Shown here piece by piece: positions 31,808 through 42,794 of a DNA stretch of 64,000 bases. Position 1 is the first letter of the stretch. Every line of letters begins with the position of its first letter. The stretch comes from a virus. Both the position numbers and the translations under genes were made by a program. The DNA lies in IMG/VR virus record IMGVR_UViG_3300003873_000002, positions 90,124 to 154,123 of that record. The stretch is one strand, 5' to 3'. The notes under the pieces were generated by a model. That model was not told the DNA's origin. It made no database searches and saw nothing but the letters and a program-made list of their open reading frames with translations.

Positions 31808-32134
31808 ATGAAATCGTGTATCATAACAAATGAACAATTAGAAATTAACAAGAAAATTTTATTAGAAGCAAAAAACGAATTTGACCGAGAAGAGTTTCAC
31901 GATTTTTATAATAATGTAATGGAGTTTAAGCATGAAAATCATTTAGAGACTTTACTAGAGGCAATTATTGGGTACGCAGAAGAACACAACCTTGATATGT
32001 TGGATGTTGCTGATGTTATTAAAAAAGACAATACAATGTCAGACATTCTTACATCAGATTTAATTAAAAATAAACAAATCAAATTTGTTAATAAAGATGA
32101 TAATATTATTTATCAAGTCGAGGAGTGGATATAA
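31808..32134 (+). CDS. gp33: Late-promoter transcription coactivator
   Basis: LLEAIIGYAEEHNLDMLDVADVI resembles the gp33 core; gp55 is present. Confidence 0.6.
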   Translation: MKSCIITNEQLEINKKILLEAKNEFDREEFHDFYNNVMEFKHENHLETLLEAIIGYAEEHNLDMLDVADVIKKDNTMSDILTSDLIKNKQIKFVNKDDNIIYQVEEWI

Positions 32135-32710
32135 ATGATTTCATTTGAATCACAATATAATATCGCATTTGGTATTTTTTTGACATTCGATAAGAAACTA
32201 AAACGCCCAAAATTAAAAGTCAAACATAGTAATGAAGTGATCCAAAAATATGCATTGATGTTTCCATATATTAAGTTTGAAAGCACGACACGCAATTTAT
32301 TTATAAGCACATGTCTTTTTATAATGTTTAAAAGGACACCGTCATCGTTTTACGCTATGATGGAAAGATTGAGAGATGTTGACCCCAAAGATGTGCGCGA
32401 GTTTTTATATGAAATCAAATCTTACCAACAGAATATACAATTAGATATTGATTACATTATGTCTATTTATCAAAACAATGTCGACACCAATGACGTATTT
32501 AACGAATACCAACGCAAGAAAATCCATTTTTATACGTTGTGGTTTTACATAAAGTCGCTCGAAAAACATGATCCAGAAAGGGTTAATTTTAAAAACTCAA
32601 GAATACATATGATTATTTATAATAAACTAAGCAGTTTAATGCTTTTTTTGAAATTTAAACCGGAATCCATCGAAAAAATAGAAATGATGTATAATACGAT
32701 GGAGCTATAA
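32135..32710 (+). CDS. Putative helicase loader (gp59-like)
   Basis: Position after gp33, size, and VFNEYQRKKIHFYTL segment. Confidence 0.45.
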   Translation: MISFESQYNIAFGIFLTFDKKLKRPKLKVKHSNEVIQKYALMFPYIKFESTTRNLFISTCLFIMFKRTPSSFYAMMERLRDVDPKDVREFLYEIKSYQQNIQLDIDYIMSIYQNNVDTNDVFNEYQRKKIHFYTLWFYIKSLEKHDPERVNFKNSRIHMIIYNKLSSLMLFLKFKPESIEKIEMMYNTMEL

Positions 32711-32767
32711 TTGGGTCTCTTAAAGTATTCAAAAAATATTCAAAAAATATTCAAAAGCATTTAATTG

Positions 32768-32796
32768 TTGACAAATATAGTTAAAGATGTTATAAT
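32768..32796 (+). promoter_or_regulatory. Sigma-70-type promoter
   Basis: TTGACA-N17-TATAAT. Confidence 0.8.
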
Positions 32797-32868
32797 ATAA
32801 CAATAGAGCAGAATAGAACAGAATAGAACAGAATAGAACAGAATAGAACAACAGGAGAAATAAAAATA

Positions 32869-33834
32869 ATGTGTACACCGATGAAAAAAATTAACGAGCG
32901 TGAATTTATTTGGGCCCAAAAGTATAGACCCCAAACTGTAGATGATTTAATTTTTCCTGATAAAATTAAGAAAAAATTTCAATCATATGTCCAATCAGGC
33001 GAAATTCCAAATATCGCATTATGGGGTTCAATTCCAGGTTCGGGTAAAACATCTGCGGCGACTGCGATTATTACAGATCTTGATTGTGAAGTGCTATGGA
33101 TTAATGGGTCAAGAGAAAGAGGTATTGATGCGGTTAGAGTAAATATCACAAATTTTGCTTCAACAAATTCAATTGATGGAAGAGCAAAGGTGGTAATTAT
33201 TGATGAAGCGGATCAATTAACTGCCGATGCACAAAAGGCATTGAGAGGCATTATCGAAGAAGTTTCTGTATCATGCAGATTTATTTTTACTGGTAATTAC
33301 AAAGATAATATGATCGATCCTTTAATCAAACGCTTTATCTCATATGATTTGGATGAGTTATATCAAAGTGAATATAAACAAGAACTTGGTTTGCAGATTT
33401 ATCATAGATTGGTGTATATCCTTGAAAACGAAAATATTAGTTATGCACAAGATGATATCAAATCTATCATCACTAATATGTATCCATCCACAAGAGATAT
33501 GATTATGATGTTACAAGAATCGTCATATGGTGGCCAATTAGAAGTCAAAAACACAATCGATACTTTATCACATATTAAACACGCATTCGAATTAATTAAA
33601 CAAAATAATTTTCCAGCATTGCGTTTAATGTTAAATGAAGTTACTATGGTTGATACGTTTATTACACAAGTTTTCAAACACATCGATGAATATTTTGCCG
33701 TTGAGTCAATCCCTAAAGTAATTATGTTATTATCAGATTGTCAGGATAGTGCTAGAAATGCAAAAAACCCAACCATTACAATTACTGCACTATTTACGAG
33801 AATAATGGGTGACAAAAGCATCATTTTGTTATAA
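32869..33834 (+). CDS. gp44: Clamp loader large subunit
   Basis: WAQKYRP, PGSGKT, IIDEAD, AQKALRG. Confidence 0.93.
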   Translation: MCTPMKKINEREFIWAQKYRPQTVDDLIFPDKIKKKFQSYVQSGEIPNIALWGSIPGSGKTSAATAIITDLDCEVLWINGSRERGIDAVRVNITNFASTNSIDGRAKVVIIDEADQLTADAQKALRGIIEEVSVSCRFIFTGNYKDNMIDPLIKRFISYDLDELYQSEYKQELGLQIYHRLVYILENENISYAQDDIKSIITNMYPSTRDMIMMLQESSYGGQLEVKNTIDTLSHIKHAFELIKQNNFPALRLMLNEVTMVDTFITQVFKHIDEYFAVESIPKVIMLLSDCQDSARNAKNPTITITALFTRIMGDKSIILL

Positions 33835-33880
33835 AATATAATAAAATTCAAATAAAGTATAATAAAAGGAAGAGTTTGAT

Positions 33881-34483
33881 ATGATTTTTAAAAGCACAAA
33901 AACATTTAATAATTTACCATGTTCACACCAGCAATGGATGGATTCTGATGAGGATGGGGTAATTGGTGCAGGTCAATGTGCCCAAACACATGGATATAGT
34001 AGATCGTTTATTTTCGAATTTTCTTGTAGTGAAGTAGATAGTTATGGGTGGGTCGTGGGTTTTAGTTCACTTAAAAAGGTTAAGAAGTGGCTAGAATATA
34101 TGTTTGACCATACTTCATTATGGGAATCATCTGACCCTCGCATCGACGATGTACTCAAAATAAATGATGAATTAGATATTCCATTATATAATTTAAGGGT
34201 TCTACCCACTGGTGTGTCTATGGAACAAACAGCATTATTTGTTTCTATGTATATTAATCCTTATATTTATGATACTACTGATGGTCGTTGCTGGATTTCT
34301 AGACTAGAAGTTAGAGAGAACGATAAGAATTCAGGTATTATTGAATTGACTGAAGAAGATGCGATTAAAATGTCACAGCGGTTGAATGAATATGAGCCTC
34401 ATAATTATTTCCCAACTAGGACTGTTTATAGATATACCATGCCAAAAAAATTAATTAACGAAATTGACACGTTTAGTGTTTAA
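33881..34483 (+). CDS. queD: 6-carboxytetrahydropterin synthase
   Basis: CSHQQW, CAQTHGY, FDHT, VREND. Confidence 0.8.
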   Translation: MIFKSTKTFNNLPCSHQQWMDSDEDGVIGAGQCAQTHGYSRSFIFEFSCSEVDSYGWVVGFSSLKKVKKWLEYMFDHTSLWESSDPRIDDVLKINDELDIPLYNLRVLPTGVSMEQTALFVSMYINPYIYDTTDGRCWISRLEVRENDKNSGIIELTEEDAIKMSQRLNEYEPHNYFPTRTVYRYTMPKKLINEIDTFSV

Positions 34484-34526
34484 AGTGTTTAAAGTGTTTA
34501 ATGAAATAGATTGAATAGAGGTATTT

Positions 34527-34994
34527 ATGAATGAATGGGGTATTGAGCTACCCCCTCCACCTATGGAGGAGGTAGTTACACCAAAAACAAAGAAAAAATC
34601 AATATTTGATATTATTGGTTCAACATATAATAAGAGATATTTTGCAAGTGATGAGGATATAAATAGCTCATTGAATGAATTCATGCTTGTAAATATATTA
34701 TCAAATCACCCTGCTACAATTTTTTTGGCTGAGTACTTAAACAATCATAATATGCCATTACCAACAGCTTATAGATTTATTTATCATTCAATTCCAAAGG
34801 GTGCTATTCGAAATATTTTATATCCATCGAATAAAAAATCACAAAAAAATATCAGTGAAGATGAAATAGAGGTGATTTGCAAACATTATAAATGCAATGA
34901 AGTTATTGCACAAAAATATTTTAATATTTTGCCAAAAGAAGAACTTGATAAAATTGTGGATATGTATGCTGAGGGTGGTATAGTCAACCAATAG
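34527..34994 (+). CDS. gp62: Clamp loader small subunit
   Basis: IFDII, FMLVNILS, ICKHYKCN..IAQKY; near gp44. Confidence 0.7.
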   Translation: MNEWGIELPPPPMEEVVTPKTKKKSIFDIIGSTYNKRYFASDEDINSSLNEFMLVNILSNHPATIFLAEYLNNHNMPLPTAYRFIYHSIPKGAIRNILYPSNKKSQKNISEDEIEVICKHYKCNEVIAQKYFNILPKEELDKIVDMYAEGGIVNQ

Positions 34995-35083
34995 TCAACC
35001 AATAGTCAACCAATAGTCAATCAGTAGATAGTCAGTAGATAGTCAGTAGATAGTCAGTAGATAGTCAGAAAAAGGAGCAAAAA

Positions 35084-36043
35084 ATGATCAGTTTAAGCCA
35101 CAATGACCTTGATGGTGTAGTTTCACAATTTTCTGTGAGAATAAAATACGGTGAGAATAATACTTATATTAATACATCATATGCAGATATTTCATATTAT
35201 TTGAACGAAATTAAAACAAGCAAAACAAATGTATCAAATCAGAATCAAGAACTTATTGTTACTGATTTAAATTTTAAAAGCAGTGATATCGATATTTTAA
35301 TTAGTATGAGCGATGATTTTGATATCACATATATTGATCATCATTTATACGATGAAAATGACCTTAAAAAATTATACAAGTCAAAAATCACTACAGTGAT
35401 TGATACATCTAAATCGGCATCTCTTATTGCATATGAATATTTCATAAAAGGCAATGAAAATGCATTAAACCATGTGGACACTGATGAGTTTAAATATCTT
35501 GTAGACTGTACAAATGCATATGATATTTGGTTAACTGATTCAGAATTGTGGGATGATGGGTTTAAACTTAATAATGCTTTTTGGGATTTATCATTAAACT
35601 CATTTGCATCTCATGTAGTGAGTAACTCATATATGTACACTAGTTATATTAAACAACGTGGAAATGAAATAGATAACGATGCAAGAAAATATTTTTTAGG
35701 CGAAGGCAGTGTGCCGAAAGTAAAAGAAAATAATGGTTTATTATTATTTGCGAATAGATTTGTTGCATACGCACAATTTTTATTCCCGGATTTTAATTAT
35801 TACATGATTGTAACATCCGAAAAAAATATTTCGTTCAGAACAAAAGATCTAAATGATGATAGTAGCCTTTATTTTAAAGATAGTATTTGTGATTACGCAA
35901 ATAGTTTAGATGAAGTTGTTTCATGTGGTGGCCACAAACAAGCATTTGGTGTTACTTTAAAATCTGATTTAAGTGATAGTGATAAACAAAATGTAATTCA
36001 AAAACTTTATAATAAATTTAATGAATATCAGGTAAAAAGGTAA
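35084..36043 (+). CDS. DHH/DHHA1 phosphoesterase
   Basis: SHNDLDG, VTDL, IDHH, GGHKQAFG. Confidence 0.85.
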   Translation: MISLSHNDLDGVVSQFSVRIKYGENNTYINTSYADISYYLNEIKTSKTNVSNQNQELIVTDLNFKSSDIDILISMSDDFDITYIDHHLYDENDLKKLYKSKITTVIDTSKSASLIAYEYFIKGNENALNHVDTDEFKYLVDCTNAYDIWLTDSELWDDGFKLNNAFWDLSLNSFASHVVSNSYMYTSYIKQRGNEIDNDARKYFLGEGSVPKVKENNGLLLFANRFVAYAQFLFPDFNYYMIVTSEKNISFRTKDLNDDSSLYFKDSICDYANSLDEVVSCGGHKQAFGVTLKSDLSDSDKQNVIQKLYNKFNEYQVKR

Positions 36044-36047
36044 AAAC

Positions 36048-37463
36048 ATGATAAAACCATCAAAACCATTAAAGATATCTACTAAAACACTCACTAAAAC
36101 ACAACAAGTTGTCTTTAATGATATCATTCACGAAATTAATGATATTATGCAGGATGCTGTTTTTAGTCCACTTGAACGCATTATCTCTTTAAATGGACCC
36201 GCTGGTAGTGGAAAATCATTTTTAACTGCACGTATTATAAAATATATCATCGACAATAAAATGGGTGTAACAAAAGTGACTACCACTACACATAAATCGC
36301 TCGAAGTTATCAAAAATATGTTGGATGATGAGGGGTTAAATGGTGTTGATTCGGGAACAATCCACTCACATTTAAGAATAAAAGTCAGAGATGATTATAA
36401 TACTGGTGAGCAAACATTTGTAGTTGATAAAACCAAGGCACCAGAAAAGGTTGATATTTTATTTATTGATGAATATTCAATGATTTCAGAAGATTTAATG
36501 AAATATATTGTTGCTGCAGTAAAAAACGGTACAATTAAGTGCGTTGTGTTTGTTGGTGATATTTATCAGCTCCCACCAGTTTCAGGTGAAATTGATTTAA
36601 ATTCCATTATTAGGAATAACTATTATTTGACAGAAATAGCCAGGCAACGTGAAGGGTCTCCTATTATTTCTTTGGCAACCGTATTTAGAAATCAAATTGA
36701 AACACTAGGTGAGAGCTTGCATGTGCCAACTATTAAAGAACTTTTATACAATGGGATTAATGAAATTAATAATAATCCGCAAAAATATGGTGAGCGAATA
36801 AATGATATCAAAATTTATAATCGCGAAGATGAGTGGATGGAGAAATTATATGAGAAAAATGAAGAAGATGACGCAGATACTATTTTAGCTGCATACACGA
36901 ATACATATGTTAAAGTAAAAAATAGTGAAATTAGAGGGGTGCTACTTAAAGATAAAATCGTTGTTGATGAATTTAATAACAGAGATTTTTTAATACCTGG
37001 CGAGCACATGATTTTCCAAGAGGCATACACTAAAAATAATGAAGTGATACACAGAAATAATGAATCCATTATAGTCGAGAAATGTGAAAAGAAATTTAAT
37101 AATGGTATTTGGTACTGGGAAGTAGAAACAACTGTTAACACAAAATTTAAATGCATTGACCCTATCTCGATGAATAATTATAAAAATATGCTTAATAGTA
37201 TTATTGAACATGCAAAGTCATTACAGGGAATTGACAGGTCAAAAGTATGGAAGCGATATTTTGATATTAAAAATGATTTTCCATATATAACGTATGGATA
37301 TGCAAGCACTGTTCATAAAACACAGGGTAGTACATATAAAGATGTATTTTTTAGTCTCAGAAATGTTGTTGATTTTGAACAGAGTGTTGATTTTGATATG
37401 TTGTTAAGATTATGCTACGTTGCAATTACTAGATCATCACATAATCTATATATATTGGTGTAA
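36048..37463 (+). CDS. dda: Dda-like SF1B helicase
   Basis: GPAGSGKS, TTHK, TIHS, IDEYSM, GDIYQLPPV, TVHKTQGST, YVAITR. Confidence 0.9.
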   Translation: MIKPSKPLKISTKTLTKTQQVVFNDIIHEINDIMQDAVFSPLERIISLNGPAGSGKSFLTARIIKYIIDNKMGVTKVTTTTHKSLEVIKNMLDDEGLNGVDSGTIHSHLRIKVRDDYNTGEQTFVVDKTKAPEKVDILFIDEYSMISEDLMKYIVAAVKNGTIKCVVFVGDIYQLPPVSGEIDLNSIIRNNYYLTEIARQREGSPIISLATVFRNQIETLGESLHVPTIKELLYNGINEINNNPQKYGERINDIKIYNREDEWMEKLYEKNEEDDADTILAAYTNTYVKVKNSEIRGVLLKDKIVVDEFNNRDFLIPGEHMIFQEAYTKNNEVIHRNNESIIVEKCEKKFNNGIWYWEVETTVNTKFKCIDPISMNNYKNMLNSIIEHAKSLQGIDRSKVWKRYFDIKNDFPYITYGYASTVHKTQGSTYKDVFFSLRNVVDFEQSVDFDMLLRLCYVAITRSSHNLYILV

Positions 37464-37554
37464 ACATTGGTATAGTAAAGTGTATTATTTATTAAATAAT
37501 ACACAAATATTAAACAATAATAACAATAAAAAAAATATTTTTTATAAAGGAACT

Positions 37555-37911
37555 ATTATCAAACACATTTTGGATGTATCAGAACTAATTGATTACATGA
37601 AATCACTAGATGATGACGAATTGCTTGATTTTGTGACACTCACTGATTGGTCAAAAATAGAATATCTTGCTGACGATTTGCATGAAGTTATACTGCATGC
37701 GCTCGGATTTGGGGGCGACCATATTATAGGTGCAATTATCCAAGCTTCAATCGAAACAAAACTTGAAGATTTTTATGATGACGATGAATTTATAAATCCG
37801 CTCGATTATATAGATGCAGACAGTATTGACAGTATTGATTATCAATCAGATGATAGTTACAATAGTTACAATATTTATAATGATGATTATAGCGAGCTTA
37901 AATTTGATTAA
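37555..37911 (+). CDS. Highly acidic hypothetical protein (start uncertain)
   Basis: D/E-rich frame. AAGGA RBS near 37547 is followed by ATT/ATC rather than ATG; first in-frame ATG is about 37598. Confidence 0.5.
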   Translation: MIKHILDVSELIDYMKSLDDDELLDFVTLTDWSKIEYLADDLHEVILHALGFGGDHIIGAIIQASIETKLEDFYDDDEFINPLDYIDADSIDSIDYQSDDSYNSYNIYNDDYSELKFD

Positions 37912-38238
37912 TTGTGGCTAAACACAGTTATTCACAGTTATTCACAGTTATTCACAGTTAATCACAGTTAATCATGCCCAACAAATATCAAAATTTATTT
38001 GGTGACAAGGCGTGCATATTTTTAAATTTTAACATCAAACATATACAAACATATACAAACATATACCAATAAATCATATCCATCTACATTAAAATTTTAA
38101 TCAATCATAATCAATCATAATCAATCATAATCAATCATATTAAACATAACTCATAATTATTCATAAAACGTGATTAATATCTAAAAATATGTTATAATAC
38201 ACAAAAGAAAGTAAACATTTAAAAAGAATAGGTGATGA

Positions 38239-39606
38239 ATGGAAAAAACAATTTTAAAATACCTTTTAACCGATGGAGATTATTTTTCGAAGGTGTTTTC
38301 ATACCTTAATGAAAGTCATTTTAGCAATTTATCTGAAAAAACAATATTCAAAAAAATAAGCGATTATTATTCCAAATACGCAACCAAACCGTCAGCAAAG
38401 GAGATAGGATTAGGTATTAAAAATGATGATAAAATTCCCAATGAATTAAAGACACCGACATTAGAGGATTTCAAATCAATTGTTCTTACAGAAGATATTA
38501 AAAATGCAGAATTTATTATCGATGAAACTGAAAAATATATCAAAAAAATTGAAATGGTTAACGCTATTTATAAATCTGCTGAAGTTATTGAAAAATCAGA
38601 ACCTTTCGAAAATGTTTTAGGCTTTATACAAAAAGCACTTGAAATCAACTTCGATTATGATACTGGTACAGATTACAAAAGCTCGGCTGAAGAACGGTTT
38701 GAATATTATGTGCAGACCATGACAGGTATTTTAATGGGCATCACCAGTATTGACAATTCATTAGACGGTGGATTGCGCAAGAAAACACTCACAGTTATTG
38801 CCGGCCCCAGTCATAGTGGTAAATCAGCGATGTTGGTCGCTGCTGCAGCAAACGCAGCTATTAAGAAATCAAATATATTATTTTTAACTTTAGAAATGCC
38901 TGAAATGGAGATTGGTAAAAGAATTGACTCAAATCTTTTAAATATCCCCGCAAATGATATCAAAACAATGCAGCGCAGTGATTATTTGCAGAAAATTAAA
39001 GATATTGAACAATATGTTGGTAATATTAAAATTAAGGAATACCCAGCTGGATATATGGACACGCTTAAATTGCAATCATTGATGAACGACCTCAAATCAG
39101 AAGACGGGTTTATTCCTGATATGATTGTAGTAGATTATTTGACATTAATGGCGTCATCTAGAATTTCACTTGCAAATGCGGGTGGAAATTATCAATATTA
39201 TAAATATATAGCGGAAGAATTACATGGTTTTAGTAAATTGCACGATGTTCCAATATTGACCGCAGCACAATTGAATCGTTCGGCAATTGGTAATTTAGAA
39301 GCTGATGCCTCATCTATTTCTGACTCGCTCGGCATTTTTATGACAGCTGATAATGTACTTGCATTATTAAGCAATGAACAAATGGTTGGTGATAATAAAA
39401 TTATGACGAAATGGCTGAAAAACAGAAACTCTGGAAAATTAGAATCTAATGTTATTGGTGTTGATTTTGGCACAATGAGATTTTTTGATATTAATGAAAA
39501 CGAAGCACAAAATTTTAATAACCTAGTACAACCATTAATACCACAGGGCAATTCTGTAAGTGATATATTTGATACAAATGCGTTCGATTTTTCCACACTA
39601 CAATAA
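38239..39606 (+). CDS. gp41: DnaB-like replicative helicase
   Basis: AGPSHSGKS, LTLEM, IKEYP, VVDYL, TAAQLNR, KNR. Confidence 0.93.
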   Translation: MEKTILKYLLTDGDYFSKVFSYLNESHFSNLSEKTIFKKISDYYSKYATKPSAKEIGLGIKNDDKIPNELKTPTLEDFKSIVLTEDIKNAEFIIDETEKYIKKIEMVNAIYKSAEVIEKSEPFENVLGFIQKALEINFDYDTGTDYKSSAEERFEYYVQTMTGILMGITSIDNSLDGGLRKKTLTVIAGPSHSGKSAMLVAAAANAAIKKSNILFLTLEMPEMEIGKRIDSNLLNIPANDIKTMQRSDYLQKIKDIEQYVGNIKIKEYPAGYMDTLKLQSLMNDLKSEDGFIPDMIVVDYLTLMASSRISLANAGGNYQYYKYIAEELHGFSKLHDVPILTAAQLNRSAIGNLEADASSISDSLGIFMTADNVLALLSNEQMVGDNKIMTKWLKNRNSGKLESNVIGVDFGTMRFFDINENEAQNFNNLVQPLIPQGNSVSDIFDTNAFDFSTLQ

Positions 39607-39678
39607 TATAAAATTAACAGAAATTAACAGGAATTAACTGAAATTTTATTAAACAAACAATAAACTAAGAGGTAAAAT

Positions 39679-40110
39679 ATGGGTAATTCAAAAATAAATT
39701 ATACATGGGATGACTATGATAGAGACATCCATAATATTGCTGGTATTCTCAGAACACACGATAAGAAAGTTCATCTTGTATCGTTATACAGGGGATCACT
39801 TGGTATTGCAACACACCTGTCAAATATCATTGATGCGCCGTTATCAATAATTAAATTTCAAACGAGAGATGGCAACGACAAATCACCATATTTTATCCAC
39901 AATGAAGGAATTGACCAGGATGATACTGTAGTATTATTGGATGACATTTATGATACTGGGCATACTCTTGATGTGACGGAAGCCTTTCTCAAAGAGAATG
40001 GTTTTAATAATATATTAAAAATTGTATTGTTTACAAATAATGTTGTTGATGGTGTGCATTATGCTAATAAAACATCAGGAAAGTGGGTTGTTTTCCCATG
40101 GGAAGTTTAA
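39679..40110 (+). CDS. Type I purine phosphoribosyltransferase (Gpt-like)
   Basis: YTWDD, LYRGSL, PRPP loop VLLDDIYDTGHT, WVVFPWE. Confidence 0.85.
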   Translation: MGNSKINYTWDDYDRDIHNIAGILRTHDKKVHLVSLYRGSLGIATHLSNIIDAPLSIIKFQTRDGNDKSPYFIHNEGIDQDDTVVLLDDIYDTGHTLDVTEAFLKENGFNNILKIVLFTNNVVDGVHYANKTSGKWVVFPWEV

Positions 40111-40172
40111 TATTTTATAGAATTTTATTTCATAAAATGATTAAAAATGTTTAAAAAATAATTTAAAAACTG

Positions 40173-40201
40173 TTGACATTATTTATATTTTATATTATAA
40201 T
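40173..40201 (+). promoter_or_regulatory. Sigma-70-type promoter upstream of queC cluster
   Basis: TTGACA-N17-TATAAT. Confidence 0.75.
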
Positions 40202-40504
40202 AATCATAAGAATTTTAAACTAATTGGCTATTAAACTATTATAATAACCAATCAATAAACTGCTAAACAACCAATATACATCTATGTAGAAATTTTATAT
40301 AAATACTATGAGTAGTTTAATGAGTAGTTTAATGAGTAGTTTTTATTAATTATAAACTACACAAAACCACTGATAAATAACAGTTATTGTGCATTTATTT
40401 CATATAAGTCTGATTATGAGTAGTTTAATGAGTAGTTTAATGAGTAGTTTAATGAGTAGTTTAATGAGTTTAATGAGTAGAATGAATTTAAACCAAAGAA
40501 AGGA

Positions 40505-41239
40505 ATGTTTATGGAAGATTTATTACCACCAACTGATAATGTAACTGGTGTTGTAGCTGTTTTGAGTGGTGGTTTGGACTCAACAACACTAACATACGCT
40601 TTAGTTGATAAATATGGTAAAGATAAAGTATCTGCTTTATCGTTTATGTATGGACAAAAGCAATCAAAAGAGCTCGATTTGGCTGCGGTCACGTGTAAAA
40701 AACTTGGAATTGCACATAAGATTATTGATATTTCATTTCTAGGTGACATTGTAAGTAAAGTTTCTGCGAATATTGGAACATCAGAAGTTAAAATGCCAAC
40801 CATTAAAGACGTACTGGGTGATCCCCAACCACCAACATACGTGCCATTCAGAAATATGATTTTGAATTCAATTGCATTTAGTTATGCCGAAGTAAATGAA
40901 TGTAATTATATTGCAACTGGGCTTCAAATTCATGATGTATATGGATATTGGGACACCTCTAAGGCATTCGTGGATTCAATGAATAACGTGGCAAAAAATA
41001 ATAGAATGTTTGGTGTTGAAATGATTGCACCGTTCGCATCACTTTCAAAAAAAGATGAAATCGAAATTGGGGATACTTTAAACGTACCATATGAAGACAC
41101 ACTAACATGCTATAACCCATCTGATGATGGCAAATCATGTGGTGTTTGCCCATCATGCGCGGAAAGGATTCATAATTTTAAACTAGCTGGTAAAAAAGAC
41201 CCCGTTGAATATCAAATTGATATTAAGTGGAGTGTTTAG
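40505..41239 (+). CDS. queC: 7-cyano-7-deazaguanine synthase
   Basis: SGGLDSTT, YGQK, TYVPFRN, TCY...CGVCPSC. Confidence 0.95.
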   Translation: MFMEDLLPPTDNVTGVVAVLSGGLDSTTLTYALVDKYGKDKVSALSFMYGQKQSKELDLAAVTCKKLGIAHKIIDISFLGDIVSKVSANIGTSEVKMPTIKDVLGDPQPPTYVPFRNMILNSIAFSYAEVNECNYIATGLQIHDVYGYWDTSKAFVDSMNNVAKNNRMFGVEMIAPFASLSKKDEIEIGDTLNVPYEDTLTCYNPSDDGKSCGVCPSCAERIHNFKLAGKKDPVEYQIDIKWSV

Positions 41240-41878
41240 ATGTGTGCTATATTTGGATCATTCGAAAAACAAACCTTAATGGATTTGTATAATAAAAACA
41301 AATACAGAGGAAATTTTAGTTTTTCAATCACTAGCATTGATACAAAAACACTTAAATCATCCACAAATAAATTTTTTGGCGAAATGGATGAAAAACAACT
41401 AGATAATTGCTTTGTTGAAGGCAGATATCATATATGTCATACACAAGCACCCACAAATGTGCGCGTAAATGATTTTAATAGAATTCATCCAGTTCAAATA
41501 GATGATTATAAATTATTGCATAACGGGATTATTGTTAGTGATTACAATATTAAACTTAAAGAAAAATATAACACAGGGTGTGATTTTGATACATTTAATC
41601 TTGCAGCAGCAATTAAAACTGACGGATACAGTGTATTAAATGATATGCAGGGGTCTTTTGCGTGTGTAGAGATCACAGAGCATAATTATCCACGTATTTT
41701 TAGAAACGAAAACAGTATTTTGTGTACAGATGGGGTGAATATCAGTTCAGCAAAACTTAAAGGATATACCCCAATTATACCAAATCAGGTTTATAAAATT
41801 GATTTTAATAATGGTGTTGATGGGATAGAAATAATTGAAAGTTTTAATAACAAATATACAAATTTTTATTTCGAATAA
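41240..41878 (+). CDS. Class II (Ntn) glutamine amidotransferase
   Basis: N-terminal MC, HTQAPT, HP, HNGII, GSFA; abuts queC. Confidence 0.75.
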   Translation: MCAIFGSFEKQTLMDLYNKNKYRGNFSFSITSIDTKTLKSSTNKFFGEMDEKQLDNCFVEGRYHICHTQAPTNVRVNDFNRIHPVQIDDYKLLHNGIIVSDYNIKLKEKYNTGCDFDTFNLAAAIKTDGYSVLNDMQGSFACVEITEHNYPRIFRNENSILCTDGVNISSAKLKGYTPIIPNQVYKIDFNNGVDGIEIIESFNNKYTNFYFE

Positions 41879-41901
41879 ATTTTGGTATCAAGGAAAGAGA
41901 G

Positions 41902-42714
41902 ATGAATAAAAAGAAACCATTACTGGTAAGTGAAATTTTTGGTGCGGGTGGTACTGGATACCCAACAATTCAAGGTGAGGGCCCATTTTGTGGTAATCCC
42001 TCAATTTTTATCAGATTAGGTGGGTGTAATTTTACATGCGAGGGATTTGGATGCACGGAGGTAGCACCAGATGGAACAACAGTCAATGGGTGTGATTCAA
42101 TTTACTCAGTTTCGCAGAAATTTAAAGAAACGTGGTCACCATATACAGATTTCATGGATATTGTGGATGCAGTTAATTATGAACAACGAAATATGAAAAA
42201 TGAAGCAAACATGCAGCCAGTTGATATTGTTATTACTGGTGGTGAGCCATTAATGCAGCATCAAAATATTGTTCTTATTAATACAATTGAATATTTTATT
42301 ACCAGGGGACATCGTGTAACAATGGAAACAAATGCATCTGTGCATGTTAACTTCATAAAATACCCAATTTATAAAAAGGTCATTTTTACAATGTCTGTTA
42401 AATTAGCTGTATCTGGTGAACCGTATGAAAAAAGAGTTAAAGTAAAAACAATCAATGCTATTATTCAAAATACAAAAGGAAGTCATTTTAAATTTGTGGT
42501 AAGTAAAGAAGAAGCAGATAATGGTGTAATGGAAATTAAAGAAATTCTACGCAAAATTCCAGAATATGCAGATGTTTATTTAATGCCACTTGGAATGCAT
42601 GCAGATGAAATTGATAAAAATTTACCAGCAGTTGCACAAGCATGTGTCAGGGAACAGTTTAAATTATCTGATAGATTGCACGTCAGAGTGTTTGGTGCTG
42701 AGAAAGGTACATAA
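41902..42714 (+). CDS. queE: 7-carboxy-7-deazaguanine synthase (radical SAM)
   Basis: TIQGEG, FIRLGGCNFTC..(insert)..GCDS, ITGGEP, ETN, RLHV. Confidence 0.93.
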   Translation: MNKKKPLLVSEIFGAGGTGYPTIQGEGPFCGNPSIFIRLGGCNFTCEGFGCTEVAPDGTTVNGCDSIYSVSQKFKETWSPYTDFMDIVDAVNYEQRNMKNEANMQPVDIVITGGEPLMQHQNIVLINTIEYFITRGHRVTMETNASVHVNFIKYPIYKKVIFTMSVKLAVSGEPYEKRVKVKTINAIIQNTKGSHFKFVVSKEEADNGVMEIKEILRKIPEYADVYLMPLGMHADEIDKNLPAVAQACVREQFKLSDRLHVRVFGAEKGT

Positions 42715-42794
42715 ATCATTTAAAATCATTTAAAATCATTTAAAATCATTTAAAATCATTTAAACAAATAAAACAAAACAAGAAGAGATGAACT

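Noticed and set aside
40202-40504. preQ1 riboswitch in the long queC leader
   Set aside because: No preQ1-I stem/loop and A-rich tail pattern; leader is AT-rich with 12-bp tandem repeats
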